Of a stretch of 64,000 bases of DNA, positions 1-13,429 are shown in pieces. Position numbers and translations under genes: made by a program. Source of the stretch: Eledone cirrhosa (taxonomy: Eukaryota). Every line of letters begins with the position of its first letter. Within the stretch, counting starts at the first letter, position 1. The notes beneath the pieces were generated by a model that ran no database searches, was not told where the DNA came from, and was given only the letters and a program-made list of their open reading frames with translations. The stretch lies in NCBI GenBank assembly GCA_964016885.1, contig OZ024743.1:100502001-100566000 (forward strand). The letters run 5' to 3'.

Positions 1-260
1 ATACAGGAACTGATTTTGGCTCGATTTCTACAGCTGGATGCCCTTCCTAACACCAACCTCATTTACAGTGAGTGCTGGGTGCTTTTTTTCCGTGGCGCCT
101 ACACGTCCACTTTCCAGTGTGGGCTGGGTGCTTTTTTGCCGTGGCACCTCCACGACCACTTTGCAGTGGGAGGGTGTGGGGGCATATTGTCTATATGCTT
201 CAGCTTGTACCCATGGGAGGTCGGGTACTCTGTATTACTGCGTGACGCCAGAGGTCACAG
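1..260 (-). mobile_element. RTE LINE 3' end/3'UTR fragment (family B), cut by the window edge
   Basis: Reverse complement matches the ORF end and 3'UTR of the long RTE at about 55245-55505. Confidence 0.85.
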
Positions 261-1062
261 TCGAGAATTTCTAACATTAATAGCTTTGATGTATAGTTAT
301 AGATATGAAAATAAACACCTATTGAATGGGTGACTCAAAGCAGTCAAACAAGTTTTACATAATCAACCAAGATAAATATGACATTATGATAATAATGTCT
401 AACATCAACTATAACAAATTATAAAAAATAATGAAATGAAAAAAGGATAAATTAATAAGAATTTAGATATTTTTTTAATTATTTCACCACAATTCAAAAA
501 TGTTATAAAAATACTAACTGCCAACTAAATATTTTAGAACTACTTCAGAACAAAATCTAAATGTTTTGATTTTGCTTTTTATAAATCAGTTGCTGGATGA
601 AAAGTTCAACAATGAAATAAAAGAGATTTTAGATATAATTTTATACATGCTTAAATTCTACATTTTAAATAGTATTTAGATTTCTAGTCAGCTCACACTA
701 TGACATCTGGAAACCAGAGAAGAAAAAGTTGTTTATAAAACTACTTTAATACCAACAATGTCAGGTTACACAGAAGAGAATTATTAAAATATCATGACAA
801 AACAAGAGAAGGAATAAAAGAAAGTAAAAGTTAAAGTGTGAAAAGAAATGAGGAGGAGACAAATTCTAAGCCTTGCAGATAAGATGGTGAAGAGCCAACA
901 ATATCTGTGCTTCAACAATTCCACTTTGTGGGGCTCCTTCCTTTGGCATGATACGGGCTGTCTCAAGACCAAAGACACCAGAGATCTCAATGACAAGTGG
1001 CATAATAAACAACAGTCAATGCCCAACATTTTTAAAATTGTTTCCAAGAACAAAAAGACACA

Positions 1063-1262
1063 GTTTAGATTATACAGCACTACCTTTATAGTCTTAAGTT
1101 TAGATTATACAGCGCTACCTTTATAGTCTTAAGTTTAGATTATACAGCGCTACCTTTATAGTCTTAAGTTTAGATTATACAGCACTACCTTTATAGTCTT
1201 AAGTTTAGATTATACAGTGCTACCTTTATAGTCTTAAGTTTAGATTATACAGCGCTACCTTT
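1063..1262. repeat. 35-bp minisatellite, about 6 copies; last copy split by a CR1 insertion
   Basis: Unit gtttagattatacagc(a/g)ctacctttatagtcttaa starts at 1063, 1098, 1133, 1168, 1203 and 1238; the remainder ttatagtcttaagttt resumes at about 1492. Confidence 0.95.
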
Positions 1263-1494
1263 TTTTTTTTTCACGCTCAGAGTTGCTGAAGCATGGAACA
1301 AACTACCTGCATCAGTTGTTAGCTGTCGAGACACTTCATCCTTTAAGGCCTCCATGCTTCCCGAGATCCGCCAACACTACAGCTAACACATACACACATG
1401 TACTTCCCTGACATTTGTGTATTATTCTATGTACTATATTGACGAGTTGTAGTGCACCTGAGCACTTTACACAATAATTTGATTATTATTATTA
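1263..1494 (+). mobile_element. CR1-type LINE 3' fragment with (ATT)n tail
   Basis: Matches about 41100-41370 (FFTLRVAEAWNKLPASVVSC... plus tail gtgcacctgagcact...attattatt). Confidence 0.9.
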
Positions 1495-2240
1495 TAGTCT
1501 TAAGTTTTCTTTTCACTTAACTGAGATAAAAATTTGAAGTGTAAAATGCTTTAGAACTGCCATTTTTCATTTATTTTTTTCCATTTGAATTTTCTGTAAG
1601 TTCTGTCAGCAGCCAGCTGTTTTATTCCAGGTGTGAGATCATTGGGTATTTCAAAATAGAGAATGTCATATTTCTTAACATCATTGAAAAACACCACTGG
1701 TCAATCGTGTTTTATATGCAACAGATGCCAACTCTCCATTTAGAATTATCTTTGGCAAACAACCAGCTATAATTCATGACATCTGCCAAACTTAGGAGGA
1801 TGGCACATAACTGTGTATACCTGTTCATTATCCCTCTCAATATTAACATCTAATCAAGTTCAAATGTGCAGCTTACATTTGACCACTGGTAGCAAAACTG
1901 TAAGATATTGAGTCTCCATTCTTATAAATGGTCCAAGTTCGCTGTCACACAGGATAATATGGCCTTAGTGATACACAACCTATTTTTAGTGAACAACAAC
2001 AGAAACATGGAGGGAGAGTTGTTCTACAGTTACATTGATAATAATTAATGCAGGTTTAAAAGTATGAGACTTTGTATAAAGAAAACAATAAGGTCTATAT
2101 TACAAAATAACTAAGCACTTCTTATGATTTCTGTTCTACCTCACACAGCATAGTGACATTAAAATCTAGAGACTTTGGTATAGATTTCTCTAAAGACATT
2201 CTTCATTTATATTGATACACTAGAGCAAGTCACTACTTAC

Positions 2241-2348
2241 CACAGGAATAACATGTGTCACACCATCACCGGAGTCTATCACAGTACCTGTCAGTGTACG
2301 ATTACCAACTTGAGGTGAGGCCCAAGAAGCTGCTAACGCTAGGACTGC
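2241..2348 (-). CDS. ACTR3: Arp3 internal coding exon (108 bp); the gene continues beyond the left edge
   Basis: [36 protein letters not shown], including the DSGDG phosphate-2 loop; acceptor attag|GCA, donor GTG|gtaag. Confidence 0.97.
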
Positions 2349-2669
2349 CTAATATTGAAAAGGAAAAAACAAAAAAAAATTACAAATAAAATTTAAACAA
2401 AAAATTAATTTTAAAAATGCTTAATTACAATATTACAATTCAAACTAATATAAATGGTAGATTTAAAGAAACAACAGACCTCAATATTTAGTTTAATCTC
2501 TTTATGTTCTTAATTACAAATTCTACCAGAATTATATTTTTTTTTTACTTTTCATTACTCCAAAGATGTTAACCCTTTAAACACCAACCTACCGAGAACT
2601 ACTTCTATTAAAGCGTTTAAATTTATATTAAAATCTTGGATTGAAATTTTATTATTACATGACAGGTTA

Positions 2670-2887
2670 AGGGTGGTGAATTGTCAGAATCCTTATTAGA
2701 GCATCAGATAAAATGCTTTGTAGCATCTGTTCCAGCTCATGTTCTGAATTCAAATTCTATCACGGTTAGTTTTACTTTTTATCCTTCCAGAGTCGATAAA
2801 ATACCAGTGAATAACTGAGGTTGATATAATTGACTTTCCCCTCCCACCAAAACTGTTGGCCCTCTGCCTAAATCAGAAATCATTATC
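2670..2887 (+). mobile_element. Diverged tRNA-head SINE (family with a gcctttcatcc..gtcgataaa core)
   Basis: Homologous to cleaner copies at 42208-42407 and 51157-51337. Other copies at about 8808, 12691, 17495, 29442, 31020, 32435, 39700 and 60270. Confidence 0.75.
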
Positions 2888-3370
2888 AAGTTGAACGTTA
2901 ACTATTTCATTAAACCTCTCGTAATTCTTGATTATTTCTATATTTAAAACACAATGGTAGTATACTCCTGTTAAAGATATAGGCACAAAGGAGTTTAAAT
3001 CATACGCTACTTGGATTAATTCATTTAATTATATGATACTCTTTTGAAAACTGTCCTGTTAAAAAAAAATTTTTTTTTTAAATCAACTTTCAATAATTTG
3101 TGGGCCATGGAGTAAGAGGCTGTAGAGTGATGGATTAAATTTAATGCTATTTGTAGTTACATCCCTTGATAGTTGACTACAAATCTTATGTTAACTTTGC
3201 ATTTCATTCTTTCAGGTTTGATAGAATAAGTACCAGTCAAGTACTGAGTTGAATTTAATGTAAAATCTAGTTTCAGAGAAAACTGATGTTCTGCATATGT
3301 AACAATTCGAGGAGTTCATTTACCATAAGGAATATCATAGAGTCTCAAGTTTTGGACTTTGTACTTCCCT

Positions 3371-3735
3371 TGAGAGTGAGGAGGAAGGGGGAAAACAGGG
3401 GTATTATTGCTTGGGTTTACTTCCTTCCCAAGCAACACCACCTTTTTTTCTTTTCCTCACTCCCAGACAAAACATTAGATTATAAGACTCCTCACAAAAA
3501 ATGAACTCATGCAACTAAGTTTGCTATAACTGCCACAAAATGTGGCCTTGTACAACCAGCATTTTAAAACTATTTTCCTCATTAAAGCAAGAGCTCAAAC
3601 ACTTCTTTTATGAGGAGTTTTATAATCTAATGTTTTGTGCCTCACCTTTTGACTGAGAGTGAGGAAATAAAGAAAAGGTAGTGTTGTTGCTTGGCAAGAA
3701 GGTAAACCCAAGCAATAATACCCCCGTTTTCTTTA
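3371..3735. repeat. Foldback inverted repeat whose arms are themselves hairpins
   Basis: 3391-3503 is the imperfect reverse complement of 3600-3731; each arm contains ttgcttgg-loop-ccaagcaa. Confidence 0.9.
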
Positions 3736-4035
3736 AAAAAAAAAAGGAGACTTTTTTTTAGAATGTTTCATAACTTGATGTCCTGCGTACCAGCCCTTTT
3801 AGTCACCTCTTACATACATGGTTACAGTGTATCTTTTGAAAACCAGATACACACAATAGATATTCAACCAAAAGGATATGTCTAGGCATTACAATGAAAA
3901 ATAAAGGAATAAATAGTTGTTTAATTAAACAAAAATATAAAATAACATCAAATAACATCTAAGATAAGATATATATGATAAAAATATTCTGCTGTAATAA
4001 AATCTAATCTTTTAATAGTGCTAAATGATACTCTT

Positions 4036-4037
<2 letters not shown>

Positions 4038-4092
<55 letters not shown>
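4038..4092. repeat. (CA)n(TA)n microsatellite
   Basis: Direct reading. Confidence 0.97.
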
Positions 4093-5179
4093 AAATGTGA
4101 TCAAATATATGGAGAAGAAAGGATATGTTCTGTATGTACTGACATAATAATTGCACATTGTTAAACATAATTGTCCTAGAATTGATGTAATTAATCTTGC
4201 TGTCAACAGATTACCACTACTATTAAACTTTTCCAGCTAATGATCATAAGTAAACTTGACAAAGACTGATCTGGGACTAAACAACAACAAACTCTTATCT
4301 TGGCTGTACCTATTAATACTCAGGTTATCGTATTTTTAATGAAAAACACTGCTCATAATTTTCAAATTTTTTAAAAATAAGTATGTGGATGGATTTAGTA
4401 ATATAACTTTCTCATTATTAAGCTGGAGCTGAGAACAAAACAAAATTATGATGGAAGGTTTTATTGGACAAATATAAAGACTTTAAAATAAAGAGCTTCA
4501 TGCTGTTTGATATTAAAAGTTAAAGAGATGTATTGCAACATACTGATTATATGGTTACTGATTGACTGCCATAATCAATTGACTTCATATTCATATCTGG
4601 ATAGATGAAGCTGACAAAGACCATCCTCTTTAGCTCCATATGGGATGGAACTGTTGATACAGTACTGTATCTATTTAGAGCTTGTTTGACTAGTAAACTG
4701 GAGTCATGTTTGATAGCCACAATAGACATACTATAACAGGATACAAACTAGCCACTGCTCAAGCAGCTTCACTGGCAACCTATAATCATGGTCAATCATG
4801 CCCTTAAACTGGTTATTACTCATTCTATATGGTATCTAAATAAGATTAAAATTTAATAACTAGAGCAATTCTTAGACATTAACACTTCTATATCACTTCT
4901 ATGAGTATTTATGCATAAATTTTAAAATCTATCTAGTGCTGGTTCCACGATAATATTCATCCTGTAATCTCTGTAAAATGTTTGGTATTAGGAAGGGAAT
5001 CAGGTTGTATAAACCCTGCCTAAAATATGGAATATCATGAGCAACACATGGTTATCTAACCCATCTTGTCTTAGACTCTAACAACCCATCCAACCCATGA
5101 AAAACAGACATAAAAATATCTTGTTATGAAAAGGTATGATATAATCTGAGGAACAGTATGTTAAAATCCAAGGGAACAA

Positions 5180-5545
5180 ATTCAGAAGATTCAAACTGCA
5201 CATTTCTCGAAATACCAAGCCAATGAAGAAATTTCTATGCTGTCACTGAACCTACTCATTTTAACATCCAGATATCCTTTCAAACTGATTTCCTATCAAT
5301 AACACTCTTCAAGGCATAATTGAGACCATCAAGAAGGGCAAACAGATGGGCTGGCCATGTTTCTTGCTTGAGAGACAGAGTGCACACCAAGGCAGTGGAG
5401 AAGAACCAGAGAGTGGCCAAAGGCCAGATAGTATGATGATCTGACCATATACTCAGTCCCCACATGTCCCAATATGGCCAGAGATAGGAAGCAGTAGAGG
5501 TCAACCAGGGAGGGATTCCTCCAACAGGAGTGAGAAGGCACTGGA
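5180..5545 (+). mobile_element. Old RTE-clade LINE 3' coding relic
   Basis: Decayed translation includes WAGHV...DDL...ARDRKQ.R, typical of an RTE ORF C-terminus. Confidence 0.6.
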
Positions 5546-6552
5546 TTTTAGATTTTGGATCAATTTTCAAAGTTATGGGTTCATAGGCAAGTAACAAAAC
5601 TGGAATTTGATGGGAGAGAATTTTACTAATGTGAGTATACAGTATTTAGCAACAATTGTTTTAATTGTCCTACTTAATGTCAGCCACTCCTGCATCTAAT
5701 TTCTCTATCAGCTGCTACATCAGAATTATATTTAAGTGTCCAACAATAACATTTGTTTAAACATAAACCTTCTCCAACCACCACTAATACTACCAATCTT
5801 GTTAAGTTGATGTCATCACTGTATCCTAGTTGTCAATTGATAGATCAATGGAACAGCCTGCTCCAGAAATTAATATGCAAGTGTCTGAGCACTCCACAGA
5901 CACATACACCCTTAACATAATTCTCAAGGAGATTCAGTGTGACAGTGCATGACAAAGCTGGCACTTTGATTTACAGGAGCAATCCATGAGAAGAGCATCT
6001 AAACAGTTTCTATCTACCCTATCTCACTAACAAAGCTTGGGTCAACCTGAGGCTATAATAAAAAGACATTTGTCCAAGATGTCACACAGTAAGATCAAAC
6101 CCAGGACCTCAGGATGGCAAAATGAATTTCATAAACATTTAGGATAGATGGGAAGAAATTAAATTTCCCGGTTGCCTACCCACAATCTGGCAAATGAAGG
6201 TGTAACTGTGTTCTGAAGAACAAAGATGATAGTAGTGGCAGACGAGATACATTTCTATATTTACTTTGTCATCAAATGTAATATTTAAACTAAATGAAAA
6301 CTTAATTTTGTGAGTGACATATTCGATTGGATCAGGGTCAGCCTGCTATTAGAAGGAAAGGTTGAGCTGAGTGGGCTTGAATTTAGAAGAGGAAACTAAA
6401 TATGTTGACATATTTCATCTGAAACTCAACTATCTTAGCCAATATAAGAATAGCGTGGAAGAAGTTTAGGGAATTGGTACCTCTGCTGACAACAAAGGGC
6501 TCTCTCTCTCAGAATAAAGGGAAGAGTGTATAACATCTGCATATGAAGTACA

Positions 6553-6897
6553 ATGTTACATGGTAGTGAGATACAGACCCTGTTACATGGCAGTGAGATA
6601 CAGACCCTGTTACATGGCAGTGAGATACAGACCCTGTTATATGGTAGTGAGATACAGACCCTGTTACATGGTCATGAGATACAGACCCTGTTACGTGGTA
6701 GTGAGATACAAACCCTGTTACGTGGCAGTGAGATACAAACCCTGTTACATGGTAGTGAGATACAGACCCTGTTACATGGTAGTGAGATATAGACCCTGTT
6801 ACATGGCAGTGAGATATAGGCCCTGTTACATGGTAGTGAGATACAGACCCTGTTACATGGTAGTGAGATACAGACCCTGTTACATGGTAGTGAGATA
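6553..6897. repeat. 27-bp minisatellite, about 13 copies (LLHGSEIQT)
   Basis: Unit ctgttacatggtagtgagatacagacc, derived from the RTE MLHGSET motif. Confidence 0.95.
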
Positions 6898-7010
6898 GAT
6901 ACCCAGACTACAGAAGACCTGAGAAGACTAGAAAAAATGAAATGAGTAGATTCCGCTGAATGTGTAATGTCAATTTACAGGAACAATGTAGCATAAAAAA
7001 GCTGAGAGAA

Positions 7011-7241
7011 ACACTTGGTATAAGAGGAATGAGATGTAGTGTGACACTTGGTATAAGAGGAATGAGATGTAGTGTGACACTTGGTATAAGAGGAATGAGA
7101 TGTAGTGTGACACTTGGTATAAGAGGAATGAGATGTAGTGTGACACTTGGTATAAGAGGAATGAGATGTAGTGTGACACTTGGTATAAGAGGAATGAGAT
7201 GTAGTGTGACACTTGGTATAAGAGGATTGAGATGTAGTGTG
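7011..7241. repeat. 33-bp minisatellite, 7 copies (TLGIRGMRCSV)
   Basis: Unit acacttggtataagaggaatgagatgtagtgtg, with near-identical copies. Confidence 0.96.
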
Positions 7242-7891
7242 CAAGAGAGAAGACTGTAATAATGTGGACGTGATGTGTACAGAAAATGACAGCTGCGTAA
7301 ATTACAGGGAAATCTCTGTGGAAGGAACTCATGGAAGGGGTAGACCTAGGAAGACATGTAATGGGGTAGTGAGGGATTACCTTAAGAAGCTGAATCTCAC
7401 AACAGAGGTGACAACAGATTGTGAATACAGACAATATGCTGCGTTGGAGAAAACACATCTACCAACTTAAAACCTGTCCTGACCCATCTCAGCACCCACC
7501 CCCCATCCCACTTACCAGTTATCCTCACTATTACTACACATCCCACAACCCTCCCACAGCCCCTTTAGTAGGTATTCTCAGCATCACTGTACATCCCACC
7601 CAAACTCTATCCAGATATATTCCCACCTCTCCTAAATTCTACCCACACTCTACCCAAGATCCCACTCTATTCTAGATACCACTAACTCTTAAACACCAGT
7701 CACAGCCCAAACCCCCTAGTAGCTGTTATTACTATAGTACCTCTCACTTTGGTACCATGATAAAATGCACTCAGTAGAACATAGGATTGTGTGCCAGGAC
7801 CCTGGCCCATCTGTAGGTCAGACTGAGTACTGACCAGTCTATGACAACATGTCCAACCCTTGTTAGCAGAAAACAAACATTAAACAATGAT

Positions 7892-7927
<36 letters not shown>

Positions 7928-7928
7928 T

Positions 7929-8250
7929 GGTGGCACATGGCTTAGTGGTTAGAGAATCAGGCTTACAATCATGAGGTTATGAGTTCGATTCTCGGACTGG
8001 GATTTGCATTGTGTTCTTGAGCAAGATACTTTATTTCACGTTGCTCCAGTTCACTCAGCTGTAGAAATGAGTTGTGATGTCACTGGTGTCAAACCGTATC
8101 GGCCTTTACTGGACAACATCGGTGGTGTGGAGAGGGGATACTGGTATGTATGGTTAACTACTGGTCTTCCACAAACACACTTGCCCGGATTTGTGTCTTG
8201 GAAAGGAACTTTCTAGGTGAAATCCCATGGTCATTCGTGACCGAAGGGAA
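7929..8250 (+). mobile_element. tRNA-derived SINE following a (GT)n run
   Basis: A-box tggcttagtgg and B-box gagttcgattc, followed by a cttgagcaagatactttat...cactcagctgtagaaatgag core. Confidence 0.85.
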
Positions 8251-9268
8251 TCTCCCCACCACATATATGTACTCTATAATTCTTGCTACATTAAATAACA
8301 GTAATACGTGTTGAGTGCTCATTCAGTTAATATTTGGCTAACCTTTTGTATGTCTATACATAAAACACACACACATGAAAACTGACAAAAAACACTTTCA
8401 GTATAAAGTCATAAGGAAGGTATTTACAGGCTGCAACATTGAAATATTTGAAGAGTGGCAGCCAAGTGATGAATAACCTTACTGTTAAGATATTTCTGTG
8501 GTTTTATTTATCTATTTTCCAATATATAAAGCATGCTATGTTGATTACTCTCTGCCTCCTACAACCATCATAGTTAACGAAGCTAGCTCATGTGAGAAAC
8601 CACCATGGAGTCACTCTATATGTTCCAACTGTTTGCAATGATGATGATGGTTTCTTAAATTGGCACAAGGCCACCTATTTCAAGTGAGGAAAGAGGAGAA
8701 TACAGTTGATTAAGTAGTAACAAGCTCACTCCACCTACACTCTAGCCATTCAGTACATGACTAGCACTAAATGTTATTAACTCTAGCGTGATGGAAATAG
8801 AATAGGGGATAAGTTGGCAGAGTCGTTAGAATGTCTGATAGTATGCTTTACTGTATTTGCTCTGGTTCTCTGAGTTCAAATCACGAGGTCAACTTTGTTT
8901 TACATCCTTATGAAATTGATAAATAAAGCCTCAATCCACTATTGGGGGTTGGTTCTTCCACTTTATCTCTTTCTCACTACCTATATCTCTCACTACACTA
9001 TATCACTACAGCATCCCTACAACTCAATCAGAAGTTATAGGCCCATGGTATGGATAGATATAACTGTCAACTTCACTCAGATGTGAAAGATTAGAACTAA
9101 ATGCTGGAAGAGCTCTTGAATTCTTTCATTTCTGCCTTACTTTTTCCATCCTAATAAGAACAATGATCAAATAAATTTTACTACTAGTACGTAATCCATT
9201 GTTTTATGTATGGAATAAGTATCATTTAGTTCCTTCACTAAACTTTAACATGTTTATGGGTTATATGT

Positions 9269-9299
<31 letters not shown>

Positions 9300-9974
9300 C
9301 ATGATAGAAACATTGTTGACAGAGAATGCTGATTGAATGAGAACATTTTTGAAAGAGCGTTTGTGTCGTTGATGGAGGAAAAGGATGTACAGTTTATAAC
9401 AGAGGTTAATAACATTTTACACTATTGTTGTTGTTGTCGTTATTGTGGGCCCATTTGCATTACATTCTTAGGAATAAAGTTTATTAATTTCTTTTACATA
9501 AGGAATTTCTTTTACATAAGAAATTTTTTTTACTTAAGGAAGCTTATATGAAATCATTCAACCTGTTAAAAATAGCAGCCAAATCACTACCCACATCCAC
9601 CTCTTTAAAGTTTTAAAATAAAAAGGATACACTAAATAGTGTATTTTCAGATACACTATGCCTGAGAAAAAGGAAAAGAGAAGATGGTCTGAACTGATTA
9701 TAGGTAAGTTTCCATGATATGCTATGGAGATTTACAAAAGCAAACATGATTTGCTCAAATTCCCTAAAGATGCTTTATAGAGTATTTGGGAAGTAGATGC
9801 AACTATCAGTACTTGGGTTTTAACAAATGTTACTTGATGCAGACTAGTGTCACATCCAGTGAGGGTAATAATAATTTCTTATTTAAGCACAAAGTCTGCA
9901 ATTTGTAGGTAGTGGGGAGTTGATTATACTGTCCCCAATACATGGCTGATACTTTATTGACCTCGAAGGGATGA

Positions 9975-12352
9975 AACCAAGGCATACCCTGGGAAGAATG
10001 TACCCCATAGCATAGGTTAGTCGTTAGTGATATCTCAGTAAGCAAGAGATGGAATGAGACATACAGGAAGGTGTGAAGAAGAAAGGTCTGGAAGCTAAAA
10101 GACCTTTCACTAAAATACAAAATTTAGGAAAGCCCTTCAAGATGTGTATGATGAAAAAGAAGACGATTTAGAGTCGTATGACATAGATAATAACTGGAAT
10201 TTCTTACGCGACAACTTACTGCAGGCTACTGATGAAACTTGTGGCTGGAGCAGAGCTCCAACTAGACAGAGAGTGACCTGGTGGTGGAACAGCACAGTAG
10301 ATAAGGCCATTAGAGACAAAAGACTAGCATGGAAGGCTTGGAAAAAGGGTGGGAGTAGAGAAGGATATACAGCCGCTAAGAGAGAAGTTAGATGTCAGGT
10401 GTACTTAGCACGCAGGGAGGCTGAGAGTAGGAGGTTTGTCAATGTTCTGCGACAGGAAGAACAGAGACGTACGGTGTTCCACATTGCAAGGCAGTGTGTC
10501 AATGCAAATCAGGATGTTATTGGAGATAAATGTGTCCGGAATGATGCCGGTGTACTTAGTGTCACGAATGATCAGAAAAAGGAGGCTTGGAAATGTCATT
10601 ATGAGAGACTGATGAATGTGGAGAACGAATGGGAGAGAGAGAAATTACCCTCAGTAGATCCGACAGAGGGACCAGCTATTGAGATTGACGAATATAGGGT
10701 CCAAGAGGTGATTAAGGAAATGAAAAATGGTAAGGCTGCTGGACTGTCAGAGATAGTTGCTGAGATGCTGAAGGCATCAGGGGACGTAGGCACTAAACTG
10801 GTTGCACGCATCATCAATCAGGCTATATATGGCAGTGTCAAACCCAAAGACTGGTGCAGCAGTATTCTCATAAATTGCTACAAAGGTAAAGGGGATGCTC
10901 TGGAGAGGAGCAATTATAGGGGTATAAAACTGATGGATCGGGTTATGAAAGTGGCAGAAAGGATATTAGCACAACTAATTAGAGAAAGGGTCAAACTAGA
11001 TGAGATGCAGTTTGGTTTTGTGCCTGGGAAGAGTACAACAGATGCCCTCTTCTTGGTGAGACAATTACAAGAGAGGTTCTTAGAGAAGAATAAGCCACTA
11101 TACTTAGCCTTTGTTGACCTAGAGAAGGCCGTTGATAGGGTTCCCCGATCTGTCATCTGGTGTTCCCTAAGGAAACTAGGTGTTGAGGAATGGCTTGAGG
11201 ACAGTGCAAACTTTGTACAGAGGTACTCTCAGTAAAGTCAGGGTAGGAATGGAGTTTAGTGAGGAATTCCAGATACAAGTAGGAGTACATCAAGGTTCGG
11301 TCCTCAGCCCGCTCTTGTTCATTATAGTCCTCCAAGCCATACCAGAGGAGTTTAAGACTGGCTATCCATGGGAACTTCTCTATGCTGACGATCTGGTTCT
11401 TATAGCAGAATCAGTAGAGGAGCTAGAGAATAAATTCTGGCTATGGAAACAGCAGTTGGAAGCAAGAGGACTGAGAGTGAACCTAGCTAAGACAAAAGTG
11501 TTGATGAGTAGAAAAGAGAACAAAACTCTGATTCCGTCAGGGAAATGGCCATGTTCGATATGCAGAAAAGGAACTGGTATAAATTCTATAAAATGCACAC
11601 AATGCAGCTCCTGGGTACACAAGAGATGTAGTGGGATAGCAGGCAAACTAACGGGTAGGGAGAAATACGTATGCAGTAGATGTACAGGGAAATTAGACAG
11701 TAGAAGTCGCATTGATAGACACATTTTTCAAATGCAGGCGGGTGCTATAGAAGTGGTGGCCTCCGGTACCTAGGAGATCAGATTAGCATGCGAGGGGGGT
11801 GTTCCGAGGCCATAGTATCTAGAATAAGGACGGGTTGGAAGAAGTTTAGGGAGCTGCTTCCTCTGTTGACGAAGGGTTTCTTCCTGCGTACGAAAGGCCG
11901 GTTATATGATGCCTGTGTAAGGAGCACGATGCTGCATGGTAGTGAGACATGGGCAGCAACTGCAGAGGATAAGCGACGGCTGGAGAGAAATGAGGCAAGC
12001 ATGCTTCGTTGGATGTGCAATGTCAATGTGCGTGAACAACCCAGCATGGATGTGTTGAGAGAGAAACTGTGTCAGAGATGTATTGTGCGAGAGAGGAGAC
12101 TGCGGTGGTATAGACATGTCATGCGCATGGAGGATGACTGATGGGTGAAGAAGTGCCAGGAAATGCCAGTTGAAGGAAGACGTGGTAGAGGTAGACCACG
12201 AAAAACATGGGCGGAGGTGGTGAGAGCTGACCTCAGATCGCTGAAGCTCACGGTGGAGATGATGAAAGACTGTGACAAGTGGAGAGATACTGTGCTGAAT
12301 AAGACCCGTCCCACCCTTGCAAGCAAGGAAAAGCGGACATAAAATGATGATG
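9975..12352 (+). mobile_element. 5'-truncated RTE LINE (family A), RT region with frameshifts, (GAT)n tail
   Basis: ORFs 10144-11235, 11180-11773, 11788-12141 and 12145-12342 encode consecutive RT segments (QFGF, FVDLEKA.DRV, GVHQGSVLSP, YADD, C4HC3 finger, GRGRPRKTW). Confidence 0.95.
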
Positions 12353-12947
12353 AACTAATAAAATTTAGAAGAAATTTTTTTTCTATACGACTGATTTAGT
12401 GAATTTCTTGCTATTACCATATATCTCCCATGCAGATATGAAAATATAATTGCCACAATGCAGATAACTATATATAATAGTTGAGTAAATCAGGTAAAGA
12501 ACCCCTGGAGATGGAAAAAGTGGTCAGATGTCTGTGGAGAATTGAACCATACAGTTCTTATATACCAAAAGGATCCTTGGCCATCATTTTAGAAGATTTA
12601 AGCAGGTAGCTAGAAGTGTAAACAAGACTAGTTGACTTAGAAAACATTGAGAAATTTGAAAATATAGTCACCACAATGTAGATAACTATAATAATTGTTT
12701 CTACTTTTGGCACAAGGCCAGCAATTACCCAGTGTATTACTGATACTTTATTTTATCGACCCCATAAGGATGAAAGGCAAAGTTAACCTCGGCGAATAGT
12801 TGATAATTACAGATAATTGAATAAATCGGATAATGTACCCTATGAGACGGAAAAAAGTTGGACAGAGACACCTACAGGGACTTGAATCACATGTTCTCAG
12901 ACATAGATATGTCCTACTGGCAAATAGAGTCATTTTGAGTTACTTAC

Positions 12948-13043
12948 CTGGACAGCTATGTACAAACCAGGTACATTAAAAGATTCAAACATTATTTCAG
13001 CAGTGTATTCACGATTTTCAGGTGTATTTAAAGGTGGTTCAGT
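12948..13043 (-). CDS. ACTR3: Arp3 internal coding exon (96 bp)
   Basis: [32 protein letters not shown] (actin-fold signature); acceptor ttttag|ACT, donor CAG|gtaag. Confidence 0.97.
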
Positions 13044-13429
13044 CTAAAATAAATGTTTCAAGAAATTATAAATATATACAAATGTAAATCATTCCAAAAG
13101 AAGGAATTTATAAGAAAATTTACTTTTAAAATCATCTCAAATGCTAGCATATAAATTAAACAAGACTTTTTAAAGCAGTTTTTCTATGGCCTATATGTTA
13201 TTTCTAAGTATTGTATATATCGCTCATTGTCATTGAACAGCTATGTTGCAGGACATATTGTTCATGCAAGACCTAAATAAATGTCACTGCTTGCTTTAAC
13301 AACATGTAGAAACTGACACACACAGCAGGTTTTCTCACAGTTTCCATCCATCAAATTCACTCACAATGCAATGGTTAGCCCAAGGAAGTGGAAGTCATTT
13401 TCCCAAGGTGCCACACAGTGTGGTTGAAC

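Larger units (their letters stand above)
6445..7475 (+). mobile_element. Decayed RTE LINE 3' fragment containing two internal minisatellites
   Basis: WKKFRELVPLLTTKGSSL...MLHGSE...MCNVN...LGIRG.RC.VQERRL...GRGRPRKT, homologous to 11830-12340. Confidence 0.9.

Noticed and set aside
830-1990. Possible piggyBac transposase relic on the minus strand (LCDSE, Cys/His-rich end)
   Set aside because: Only scattered short motifs and no identifiable termini; not supportable without an HMM search.
6553-7241. CRISPR-like regular repeats (also 1063-1262 and 48767-48968)
   Set aside because: Contiguous tandem units with no unique spacers, eukaryotic context, and no cas genes.
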